Source: Clostridia bacterium
GTDB lineage: Bacteria; Bacillota; Clostridia; Caldicoprobacterales; Caldicoprobacteraceae
Direction of reading: 5' to 3'
NCBI GenBank assembly: GCA_017577715.2
Contig: PKRC02000001.1
Span: 279 to 64,278 of the forward strand
Length of the DNA: 64,000 nucleotides
The notes under the pieces were generated by a model. It was not told the origin of the DNA, ran no database searches, and saw only the letters and a list, made by a program, of their open reading frames with translations. The position numbers and the translations under genes are program-made. Every line of letters starts with the position of its first letter. Position 1 is the stretch's first letter. This document shows positions 42,544 to 51,253 of this stretch, piece after piece.

Positions 42544-43686
42544 GTGATATACATGGACAATGCAGCCACTTCTTGGCCAAAACCCGAATCGGTCTATAGG
42601 GCGGTTGTGGATTGCATGAAAAATTACGGGGCTAATCCTGGCCGTTCAGGGCATAAGATGGCCATACAAGCGGGAAAAATACTGCTCCGTACCCGTGAAC
42701 TTCTGTGCCAACTCTTTTCCATAGATGACCCCTTCCAAATGATATTTACCCTCAATGCCACCGAAAGCCTGAACCTGGCCATCAAAGGTTGCACAAAGCC
42801 GGGCGACCACATCATCACCACCACGATGGAACACAATTCGGTGGTTCGCCCGCTCAAGGAGCTGGAAAAGTATGATATAAAAACCACCTATGTCAGGGCC
42901 GACAGTCAGGGGCGCATCGACCCTGATGACATAAAAAAGGCCATTCGACGCAATACACGCCTCATCGTTACCACCCACGCTTCTAATGTGACGGGCACCC
43001 TGATGCCCATAGATGAAATAGGTAAAATCGCAAGGGAACACGGCATACTGTATTTGGTAGATGCTGCACAAACCGCCGGCATAATACCTATCAACCTCTC
43101 AAAGCTGCCCGTAGATATGATGGCCATGCCGGGGCACAAAGGATTGCTTGGCCCTCAAGGAACCGGCGTGCTCTATATCGCTCCCCATGTAACCTTAAAG
43201 CCGTTAAAGGAAGGGGGTACTGGAAGTCAGTCTGAAAACCTGTATCAGCCCGAATTTGCCCCTGACAGGTACGAATCGGGAACGCAAAATACTCCCGGAA
43301 TTGCCGGCCTTGGGGCAGGAATCAGCTACATACTACAGCGGGGCCAAAATGAACTGCTGGCCCACACCAACAGGCTGGAAAAATTCTTTTTGGAAGCTGT
43401 ATCCCTAATCCCCGGCGTAAAGCTCTACGGCCCTACAAACATGGATGAACGAATTAGTGCCATCTCCATAAATATAAAGGATTTCGACTCGACCTACATC
43501 GCGAGCTTATTGGATGAAAGGTATGACATCGCCACCCGAGGCTCTCTTCACTGCGCTCCCCTGGCCCATCAAACCATAGGCACATTAAAGCAGGGAACTG
43601 TGCGCTTCAGCCCAGGCATTTTCAACACCATGTACGAAGTCGTGGAGTGCATAAGAGCCCTTGAAGAGCTCAGCCGTCTAAAATAA
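42544..43686 (+). CDS. Cysteine desulfurase-family (class V PLP) enzyme
   Basis: IYMDNAATSWPKP, NATESLN, EHNSV, DAAQTAG, PGHKGLLGP, RGSLHCAP, GTVRFS. Confidence 0.9.
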   Translation: MIYMDNAATSWPKPESVYRAVVDCMKNYGANPGRSGHKMAIQAGKILLRTRELLCQLFSIDDPFQMIFTLNATESLNLAIKGCTKPGDHIITTTMEHNSVVRPLKELEKYDIKTTYVRADSQGRIDPDDIKKAIRRNTRLIVTTHASNVTGTLMPIDEIGKIAREHGILYLVDAAQTAGIIPINLSKLPVDMMAMPGHKGLLGPQGTGVLYIAPHVTLKPLKEGGTGSQSENLYQPEFAPDRYESGTQNTPGIAGLGAGISYILQRGQNELLAHTNRLEKFFLEAVSLIPGVKLYGPTNMDERISAISINIKDFDSTYIASLLDERYDIATRGSLHCAPLAHQTIGTLKQGTVRFSPGIFNTMYEVVECIRALEELSRLK

Positions 43687-43736
43687 TAAAAAGAGAAACC
43701 CCCGCAAGTCGATATCCTGCAAGGGGTCTCCATTCG

Positions 43737-44984
43737 TCAACCGATTATGCTTTTGACATCCACCAACCCTCTGCCCTGAGCGTATATATTCCTATCTATG
43801 GTCCTAGCGTATTTCATGATCAGGGTCTTTACCTTATCGGGCGTATACTCGGGATGGGCTTCAAAGATAAGGGCCGCAATGCCAGCTACTATGGGCGCCG
43901 CCACCGACGTTCCTGACATGGTGGTGTACGCCTTCCCCAATGAATAAAGCCTTGGCCCTCCGGTATAGCTACGGTCAGCGTTTAAAGACACGACATTGAC
44001 CCCGGGCGCCACCACATCGGGCTTGGGTATATTGCCATGGGCCGGACCGCGGCTTGAAAATTCTGCCACCACATCATCGCTTATATCAACCGTTCGCTTA
44101 TCGTCTACCGCTCCTACCGTCATGATGCTGGGACTTATTCCCGGAGTGGTGATGGTTCCCCTCTTTGGCCCCGAATTGCCGGCCGCAGCAGTCACAAAAA
44201 TGCCCTGTTTCCAGAGCTGATTGACCGCCACTACAAGGGGGTCATTATTCATAGCCCCTGAAGCTTTGGAACCAAGGGATAGGCACACCACCTTTATATT
44301 ATATTTATCCTTGTTATCTGCTACCCATTGCAGGCCGGCAACTATCTTTGAAGCGCTGCCTTCCCCATCCTTGTTCATGGCTTTAATAGCAATTACGTTG
44401 GCCTCGGGCGCTACCCCTGCATATTTCCCGCCCGAAGAATAGCCGTTTCCGGCCGCCACCCCTGCAACAAACGTGCCATGCCCGTTATCGTCGTAAGGAT
44501 CCTTTCTGTTGTTGACAAAATCCTTAAAAGCTATGATCCTATTTTTGGGTCTTATCAAATCAGGATGCGGATAAACGCCGGTATCGATGATGGCAATGCC
44601 TATATTTTTTCCGGTATATCCCTTTAAATTTACATCCCGGGCTCCCACCTCTTGCGTGGCTATATTTAAAAGCGAATTTATATCCACATCATCAGTAACA
44701 TATCTTATGGATTCAACTTGTGCGACCTTCTCCAGCATGGCCCGCGGGATTTCAACTGCATAGGCATTGATGAAAGGAAACTCATATACTATGGTTATGC
44801 CCATCTTTCGCAAGCATTCCCTGCAAATAGGACCTTGCTCTTCTTTAGAAAATACAATGGCCGATACCTTACCGTCAGTAGTCAAGGTCTGAACCTTTTT
44901 AATGAGCCTGCGGTCGATCTTTTCTTCCATTTTACTTGCCCTATCCAGAAAAGGAAACAGTAGCATTCCCATCAGGAGATTCAA
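43737..44984 (-). CDS. S8 (subtilisin/AprX-like) serine peptidase
   Basis: Triad motifs IAIIDTG, DNGHGT, MSGTS; AAAGNSGP, SSRGP; no clear signal peptide. Confidence 0.92.
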   Translation of the reverse strand: MNLLMGMLLFPFLDRASKMEEKIDRRLIKKVQTLTTDGKVSAIVFSKEEQGPICRECLRKMGITIVYEFPFINAYAVEIPRAMLEKVAQVESIRYVTDDVDINSLLNIATQEVGARDVNLKGYTGKNIGIAIIDTGVYPHPDLIRPKNRIIAFKDFVNNRKDPYDDNGHGTFVAGVAAGNGYSSGGKYAGVAPEANVIAIKAMNKDGEGSASKIVAGLQWVADNKDKYNIKVVCLSLGSKASGAMNNDPLVVAVNQLWKQGIFVTAAAGNSGPKRGTITTPGISPSIMTVGAVDDKRTVDISDDVVAEFSSRGPAHGNIPKPDVVAPGVNVVSLNADRSYTGGPRLYSLGKAYTTMSGTSVAAPIVAGIAALIFEAHPEYTPDKVKTLIMKYARTIDRNIYAQGRGLVDVKSIIG

Positions 44985-45079
44985 AACCTATTCCCCCCTT
45001 CACTTGCATTTGGTATATCTTATGTATACCCTCTGCAAGTTGTTAAGGGGGACCTGTGAAGTTTTCTCTGTTTAATGGC

Positions 45080-45301
45080 TTACAGTTCCCTGAGCAATCT
45101 CTCCAGCTTTTTTCTCTGCTGTGGATCCAGCATTGGCGTAATGGCCCTTATCATGCCTATGGCCTTTTCACGGGAAATGCCGCCTTTGCCCGATTTGATC
45201 ATATCAGCTATCTCGCGTATCAGCTCATCTTCCGATTTGCCCTGCATGCTTTGAACCATCTGAAGCAATCTTTTCATATCTTGGTTTCCTATATTCATCA
45301 A
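45080..45301 (-). CDS. Small helical hypothetical protein
   Basis: GAGGTGG RBS, 73-aa ORF, ITPMLDPQQRKKLERL motif shared with a neighbour. Confidence 0.7.
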   Translation of the reverse strand: MMNIGNQDMKRLLQMVQSMQGKSEDELIREIADMIKSGKGGISREKAIGMIRAITPMLDPQQRKKLERLLREL

Positions 45302-45441
45302 AACACCACCTCTTAAAACTTAATGTCGTTCTAATACATAAATTATTCAAAAACTCCCATATTGCTACTTAAGTCCAATGCACAATTTATACAAATCAGC
45401 ATATTATGGTAGAGAAAAATATAAGGGATGGTGAGCCATTT

Positions 45442-45588
45442 ATGTCTCACGAGGCGCTCAAAGGAAGCTTCAAGGGTGCCAATGTGTTATTTTTCTTTAT
45501 GGCACTAACGCTCCTATGGGATGTACATTTTGAAATAAACCATCTGCTTTTCTTCTTTATATTCCTGGTATTGAGATCCGAGGTATAA
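45442..45588 (+). CDS. Small hydrophobic hypothetical protein (48 aa)
   Basis: GGTGAG RBS, two hydrophobic stretches, sporulation-type promoter upstream; directly precedes the 45617 gene. Confidence 0.5.
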   Translation: MSHEALKGSFKGANVLFFFMALTLLWDVHFEINHLLFFFIFLVLRSEV

Positions 45589-45616
45589 CATGGTATAGAG
45601 AGCAAGGAGGAATTCT

Positions 45617-46657
45617 ATGGAAAGGAAATACCTTTCTACCCCGGTACCTTCAACGACAGCAACCCGTAAAACGAGGCAACCAAATAACCAATTTCCGCAG
45701 GAACGGCCACCCGATAAGGCTAAACCATCGCCACCTGCAACCATGGATTCATCTATAGGAGGTTGGTCAGCCGCTCCTAAAAAAATTTACGGCTTCCTGA
45801 CGCACCCTGTAAATCCGCTGCCGCTGTTTTTCATCTTCATCATGATCAGGATACTGGCCTCAGACATACATAACAAAAACAGAGCGTTCTCCATCCACGA
45901 CCTGAGGAATTCCATCAGCCAGGCGATATTTAATCCTGAAACCATAAACATGCTTATGGCCGCAAGCCCGTATCTGGACGTGCCAGAGCAGGAAGGGTTA
46001 TACACCATTATAGGCATACTGGAGGCCATTCAAATACTCAACGGCATTCGGGAAGGAAGCTACCAAGCTCAACGCATGCAACAAATCCCCGTTCTAGGAT
46101 TGGAAAACGAAAACAGGAATTTAGGAATAATCAAGGCACTAAAAGACTACATGCCTGAAAGCAGCCGATCCTTTATCGATAGTGCTATACAGCTCCACGA
46201 GTCGATCGAAAAGCTTATAAACAACATTAAGATATACAGAAACAACCTGAAAATAGCAGGCAATCGCAAGCCCAACCCCATAGAAGACCTGGGCGAAATC
46301 ATAAAAGTCATAAAACCCATCTTACCCGATGAGCAACAAAGCAAATTGGAGAGGCTTCAAAAGGTCATTCAGATTGCTCAGGTAATGGATCTGGACGAAA
46401 GGATAATAAAAAATAGAGAAATAAACGCCAATAAAAAGGACGATAAAGATAGTTCGGTGCAAGGCCAGCCAGAAAAAAACGACATCACAACGGATGCAAC
46501 CGATCATGACGACGGTAAAGACCAATACCCGTCACAAAAAGGAACGGATTACAGCAATGCCCAACAAACTGCATCAAATGACGAGCAAAGCCAATCTCTC
46601 GAAATGCTCATTAAGCTTATACAGCTATTGACGCAACCTTCAGCTAAAACGCAATAG
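45617..46657 (+). CDS. Hypothetical protein with repeated helical motif and disordered ends
   Basis: AAGGAGG RBS; three LxxxxP(Y/I)LxxxxQ/R-type motifs. Confidence 0.8.
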   Translation: MERKYLSTPVPSTTATRKTRQPNNQFPQERPPDKAKPSPPATMDSSIGGWSAAPKKIYGFLTHPVNPLPLFFIFIMIRILASDIHNKNRAFSIHDLRNSISQAIFNPETINMLMAASPYLDVPEQEGLYTIIGILEAIQILNGIREGSYQAQRMQQIPVLGLENENRNLGIIKALKDYMPESSRSFIDSAIQLHESIEKLINNIKIYRNNLKIAGNRKPNPIEDLGEIIKVIKPILPDEQQSKLERLQKVIQIAQVMDLDERIIKNREINANKKDDKDSSVQGQPEKNDITTDATDHDDGKDQYPSQKGTDYSNAQQTASNDEQSQSLEMLIKLIQLLTQPSAKTQ

Positions 46658-46689
46658 AAAAAGGGCCTGTCCCCAGGCCCCTCTTTTTT
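46658..46689. terminator. Bidirectional terminator
   Basis: gggcctg/caggccc stem flanked by A and T runs between convergent genes. Confidence 0.75.
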
Positions 46690-46695
46690 GGCATT

Positions 46696-47226
46696 TCAGC
46701 GGCGCTTCAAAGCTTTTTCCAGCACAGGCAGTACCATTAACGCCAACATACCCCCTACCGATGCGGTAACCAGCTGTGGCCAGCTAAACTTCAAAGTCAG
46801 CAATTCTTTTGCCGGCAGCGGCATATCGGGCATAAATAGCGGTATGGCCACATGCACTACCATTATATACAAAACCAAGAATTTGCACATTGCCCCCGCA
46901 GCCAGAGCCAGGTATTTATTCTTTCTGTAAAGAAGCGCTACTAAAACGACAAGGGCAGCATTGCCCAACGCCACAAACGGCACCATGACAGGATTTGGAA
47001 GCACGCTTTGTAGGAAGGCTACCACTGGCGTCAAAATGGCAACCATGAGCCCTCCCTCAACCCCTACCGTTATCGCTGCAACAATCAAACAAAAATTCAC
47101 CAGCGACCCAATTACATACTGATCTACCAGGCTGGGTATGGGCAAAAACAGCCTCAGCGATTGAAGCAGCACTGCCAAAGCCAGCAGTATAGCAGTCCTA
47201 ACGACGAAATCAACTTTTTTATTCAT
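46696..47226 (-). CDS. ECF transporter S component
   Basis: RTAILLALAV, QYVIGSLVN, VPFVALGNA, PQLVTA..GG pattern; 5-6 TM helices. Confidence 0.78.
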   Translation of the reverse strand: MNKKVDFVVRTAILLALAVLLQSLRLFLPIPSLVDQYVIGSLVNFCLIVAAITVGVEGGLMVAILTPVVAFLQSVLPNPVMVPFVALGNAALVVLVALLYRKNKYLALAAGAMCKFLVLYIMVVHVAIPLFMPDMPLPAKELLTLKFSWPQLVTASVGGMLALMVLPVLEKALKRR

Positions 47227-47243
47227 GACAACCACTTCCCACC

Positions 47244-47504
47244 TCAATCACAAAATTTTTTTGGGGTTAAGGCGCTTTTAACGGTAACCCCTTTTAGGTT
47301 CCCAAGCTTTCCGGTAAACGCTCCTATGTCATCGGTGGTACCTTCCACTATGAGGGCAATCACAGAAATGCCCCTTTCCCTATAAGGGATTCCCATTCTG
47401 CCTACGATGATATGCGAATACTCCCTTATATAGTCGTTTACCCGCTGACCAACCTCCTTAGGGTTATCTACCACGATTCCAATTACCCCAATCCTACTTT
47501 CCAT
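47244..47504 (-). CDS. TM1266-family 'iron-only hydrogenase system regulator'-like protein
   Basis: RIGVIGIVV, IVGRMGIPYRERGISVIALIVEG, GKLGNLKGVTVKSA; GGAGGTG RBS. Confidence 0.88.
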   Translation of the reverse strand: MESRIGVIGIVVDNPKEVGQRVNDYIREYSHIIVGRMGIPYRERGISVIALIVEGTTDDIGAFTGKLGNLKGVTVKSALTPKKFCD

Positions 47505-47548
47505 GGCTTTCACCTCCACCGGCTCCATTGTTGAAAAACGCGCAAAAA

Positions 47549-49255
47549 TTATATATCATCCTTACATACCTTTACAACCAGAACGGTAACGTCATCCAGC
47601 ATCCTCTTATCCCCTAAAAGGGTGTGATAAGCATCGATTATCTCATCGCATATCTCCTGTGCCGAGACCCCCTTCAATCCTTTTAAGAATTCTACTAATT
47701 TATCCTGTGAAAAGAGTTCGGGCTGTGCCGGGTCTATCTCTATAAGCCCATCTGTATAGAATACAAGGCTGTCCCCGGGTTCCAGATGCACCGTAGTGTT
47801 TTTGTAAAACGGCTTAAAATAAGGAGCAAATTTGCAAATGGGGAATCCATCAGCCTGCAGCACCTCAACCTGGCCATCGGCCCTGATAATAAGGGGATTG
47901 GTGTTCATGCCAGCCGACGCATAGGTAAACTTTCTAGTGACCACATTGTAAATGCCATATAGCATCACCACATATATCTCATCGGGGAAGGGCATCTCGT
48001 TATAGGTATGGTAGCAATTCATCAACACGCCTCTGGGGGTAAACACCTTCTGGCGTCCATCATCATACACCTTTTTAAAATTTATATTTTGATTGATAAA
48101 CACATTGATCATGGCAGCAGACACGCCGTGTCCCGCCACATCCCCTATGAGAATGCCCACCCTCTCATCATCCAGCTTGAAAATGTTGTAGAAATCGCCG
48201 CCCACGTTTTCACAAGGCATATACCTGGCCGCAAATTTCAAACCCTTTACGCTGGGGAAGGTGGTGGGCAAAAGCGCCAGCAAGATATTCCGGGCATACT
48301 CGAGGTTTTTCATCAGGTTTTGATTGGCCGCGGTGATTTCGGCGGTCCTTTGAGCTACCAGCTGCTCCAGATTGTTTATATAAACGCTCAGCTGGCTTTC
48401 AGCGTTCCTCAATTCCTGATATGGCTTTTGTACGTTTTGCACAAATAGGGCCCTGAACAAAAGATAATATGCTATGATCTTGTATATGTGCCCTAAAAAA
48501 TTATAGGTATCGTAGACATCGGTATATTGCGTAAAGGCCATAGCGCTAAAAACGCTAAATACCAACCCCTTTATTATGAGCACATATCCCTTATCCTTAC
48601 AACCTCCATTTATATAAGCCACCAGAAATATGACAGCAGTTACTAGCTGGGTGAAAACGGTCAAATATTCCAGATATACCTTAAGGGGCGTCAGACCCTT
48701 ACCTTCGACATACAGCGGCGGCAAATCATCAATATGATAGTTGACCACTAAGAGCAAAAAAATCGAATACGCCACCGTGGCTAAAACCCATAATCCCTCA
48801 CGGCTTCTCACTTTCCTATCGACAGGCACCAAGCTGGATGCCAGCATACCAAATGACATGGTTAGACGTGCTAATACCCAAAAAGAGGTGGCCTTTTCGG
48901 CCGAGGATTCAGTTAAAAATACCGGCATTCCCTTATAGGAAAGGGTATGAAACAGGTCAAGTAGCGATACCGCCAGAAAGGTGCAGGCAATTACCACAGA
49001 CCTTAAACGGTTGGTTTCCTCAAATGTATAAAAAGTAACTGCAAATACAGTAAAGGACATTACAATGCTAGACAGCTCTAAAAAAATATGCCATGTTAAA
49101 AAAAAATTGGACGGAAAGATGGTGTAAAAAAAATCATCGCACCAAGCGAGTACAACAAACAAAATCACCGACACCGATATTATGTAAACTATACCGGTGA
49201 ACTCCTTTTTTAACTTCAAAGCCAATTGAACCATAATATTTACATTTGCCCCCAA
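47549..49255 (-). CDS. MASE3 membrane sensor fused to PP2C (SpoIIE/RsbU-type) phosphatase
   Basis: WHIFLE, LDLFHTLSYKGMP, FWVLARL, LGHIYK (MASE3); coiled coil; VGGDFY, GDVAGHG, YTDGL, DDVTVL (PP2C). Confidence 0.88.
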   Translation of the reverse strand: MGANVNIMVQLALKLKKEFTGIVYIISVSVILFVVLAWCDDFFYTIFPSNFFLTWHIFLELSSIVMSFTVFAVTFYTFEETNRLRSVVIACTFLAVSLLDLFHTLSYKGMPVFLTESSAEKATSFWVLARLTMSFGMLASSLVPVDRKVRSREGLWVLATVAYSIFLLLVVNYHIDDLPPLYVEGKGLTPLKVYLEYLTVFTQLVTAVIFLVAYINGGCKDKGYVLIIKGLVFSVFSAMAFTQYTDVYDTYNFLGHIYKIIAYYLLFRALFVQNVQKPYQELRNAESQLSVYINNLEQLVAQRTAEITAANQNLMKNLEYARNILLALLPTTFPSVKGLKFAARYMPCENVGGDFYNIFKLDDERVGILIGDVAGHGVSAAMINVFINQNINFKKVYDDGRQKVFTPRGVLMNCYHTYNEMPFPDEIYVVMLYGIYNVVTRKFTYASAGMNTNPLIIRADGQVEVLQADGFPICKFAPYFKPFYKNTTVHLEPGDSLVFYTDGLIEIDPAQPELFSQDKLVEFLKGLKGVSAQEICDEIIDAYHTLLGDKRMLDDVTVLVVKVCKDDI

Positions 49256-49410
49256 CCCTACTTAATTTCCCTTCAACCAATTCATTAGAGGTTTTACTTC
49301 TGATCCTTTATCCTGTCAGCCTACCAAAATATTACCATTTAAAATCATATTTCTATTATACTCGTCATTTGTCATAAAGTCCATACCGCCTTCCCTCGTT
49401 TTTATGGGCT

Positions 49411-49683
49411 TTACAGATAAATCTGCTTATCGGTCTTCCCTTCCAGTTTACCTATCCCATATCCCAATGAAAAGCTCTGCATCATGCTTCCTGCAATGAT
49501 GGCAACCAATAATTCCATGCTTTCCTTATCCAGGCCTACATCGGCCTTCCTCATAAATTCCCTCATCTTGTCCCTTGCCAGATCCATAATGGCCTGGCGC
49601 GTACCGCTGTACTGCTTATCCAATTTTTTGTTTCCTTCCCTAGTATATTGCCTCAACATCTCATCCGCCCTCATGCCAATCAA
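49411..49683 (-). CDS. Hypothetical 90-aa protein
   Basis: Clean helical ORF with G-rich RBS; same strand as neighbours. Confidence 0.7.
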   Translation of the reverse strand: MIGMRADEMLRQYTREGNKKLDKQYSGTRQAIMDLARDKMREFMRKADVGLDKESMELLVAIIAGSMMQSFSLGYGIGKLEGKTDKQIYL

Positions 49684-49784
49684 AACCCCTTTTGCTTTAT
49701 TATGGTATTTCCCCCTTTCAATAGTTCCCTAATTTTTCAGTTTTATACTCTAGGCAGCTTTAATTTATTTTTCAAAAACCGACA

Positions 49785-49818
49785 AAAAAGGCCTGTGAAA
49801 AACCATTTTCACAAGCCC
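49785..49818 (-). terminator. Intrinsic terminator
   Basis: ggcttgtgaaaa/ttttcacaggcc stem followed by TTTTTT on -. Confidence 0.7.
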
Positions 49819-50093
49819 AAAGGGGTTTCTAAAGAATGCTATTTTAATGCAAACGCATCGTTTTGTCCGGTATTAATTGCTTTGTCGGGTATTATTAAAA
49901 GTATATCTTAATATCGCCATGCGTCTTTCAAACTTAATGAATGTACATTGTAATTTGCTTATAGAAAGATTGTTCAAATTGCTGAAAAGCACGATGAGAA
50001 CTAAAAGAAGTGCCAAAAACTCTTCCTGTCCTCTGCAACAGGCTCTATTTGAACAAGATCTTTAAAGCAAAAACGCAATGTTTGTAGTGATAG

Positions 50094-50357
50094 TTACTCT
50101 TCGAAATTGTTGGTTATGAGCTTAGTAATACCGCATAAAGCTTCTGCCTCATCCGGCCCTACAACCTGGACTTTGAATTTACAGCCCTTATAAATGCCCA
50201 ACGACAGAATTGAAAGTAAGCTCTTGCCGTTGCCTACCTTTCCATCTTTTATGACAAAAACATCTGATTTATAGCTATTGGCAACCTTTATAAACTTGGC
50301 AGCAGGTCGAGCATGAAGGCCCATTTCGTTTTCAACAACAAAGTCTTTTTCCAGCAT
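50094..50357 (-). CDS. HPr-family phosphocarrier protein
   Basis: GLHARPAA (His15) and GKSLLSILSLG (Ser46 region). Confidence 0.93.
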   Translation of the reverse strand: MLEKDFVVENEMGLHARPAAKFIKVANSYKSDVFVIKDGKVGNGKSLLSILSLGIYKGCKFKVQVVGPDEAEALCGITKLITNNFEE

Positions 50358-50366
50358 GTTGCCCCC

Positions 50367-50395
50367 TCTTCCCGATCCCATTCTTCCCGATCCCT
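50367..50395. repeat. 15-bp tandem repeat in the HPr leader
   Basis: tcttcccgatcccat followed by tcttcccgatccct. Confidence 0.85.
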
Positions 50396-50516
50396 ATCTA
50401 ACATTTTAATACAAAAAATTAATAAAGTTCCTAAACATATGGATATCCAAAAAATATTCTTGTCCTATATTGTACTGCAATTTGACATAAAATACAATGC
50501 CAATGTTACCATAAAA

Positions 50517-51038
50517 TTAAAATTTGCATTTCAGCAGATATTCTACAATGGCTCTTAACCTGCTGAGCTCCCCAAAAGCTTGACGGTCAATTCTGCCTTC
50601 TTCTAGGAAATCCTTGAGCCCACTGCATATATTGCTATACGCAAAACTGATGGTCTTTTCAAATCCATCTACGGTAACCTTCAGCACAAGGTTCATATCT
50701 GGATACATCTCAATACCAGGGATAAAGTCCTTCGGATAGCTGGACTGCAACTCCCCTACCTTAAGCTTGTTTATGACATGATCTAACACCTGCTTGACCT
50801 GCCTCTGAGTAAGATAGCCGCTTTCCACTTTATCTTCAAAAGGCTCTCTTCTGACGCGCACTCTCCCATTGCCGTAAAGTTCAAACATTGGTTGAGAGCT
50901 TCCAGTTTCCTGTATATAGATGAGCATATTTTCAGAGGATGAGTTATATGAGATCTCAATACCAGATGCACACCCTTCCAGAAGAGCTGTCAAAGCCAGC
51001 ATTGCCATTAATGCGATAAAAGGTACTGCCCCTTTCAA
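50517..51038 (-). CDS. Hypothetical lipoprotein
   Basis: GAGGTGAGG RBS, TTG start, hydrophobic core and LEG-C lipobox. Confidence 0.75.
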   Translation of the reverse strand: MKGAVPFIALMAMLALTALLEGCASGIEISYNSSSENMLIYIQETGSSQPMFELYGNGRVRVRREPFEDKVESGYLTQRQVKQVLDHVINKLKVGELQSSYPKDFIPGIEMYPDMNLVLKVTVDGFEKTISFAYSNICSGLKDFLEEGRIDRQAFGELSRLRAIVEYLLKCKF

Positions 51039-51144
51039 TACCCCTCACCTCGACCCTTTTAATCTCTAAATTCTAGACGGTATCGAAGTTAAAAAGTTTC
51101 GCCTACAGCCTCATTGCCTCGTACAGCATAAAAAATGACAGCTG

Positions 51145-51173
51145 TTGCAACTGTATCCATAGTATGATATTAT
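51145..51173 (+). promoter_or_regulatory. Sigma-A promoter of glyQS
   Basis: TTGCAA-N17-TATTAT with extended TG. Confidence 0.65.
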
Positions 51174-51253
51174 TTTGATAACTGCGAAAAATGACAGATT
51201 GATTACATTATAACCGTTATAAGCCAAATCCAATGACGAGGAGGTATACATAA

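Noticed and set aside
49794-49813. TGTGAAAA-N4-TTTTCACA as a Rex or CRP-like site
   Set aside because: It is the stem of a G:U-compatible hairpin with a U-tract, so it is a terminator.
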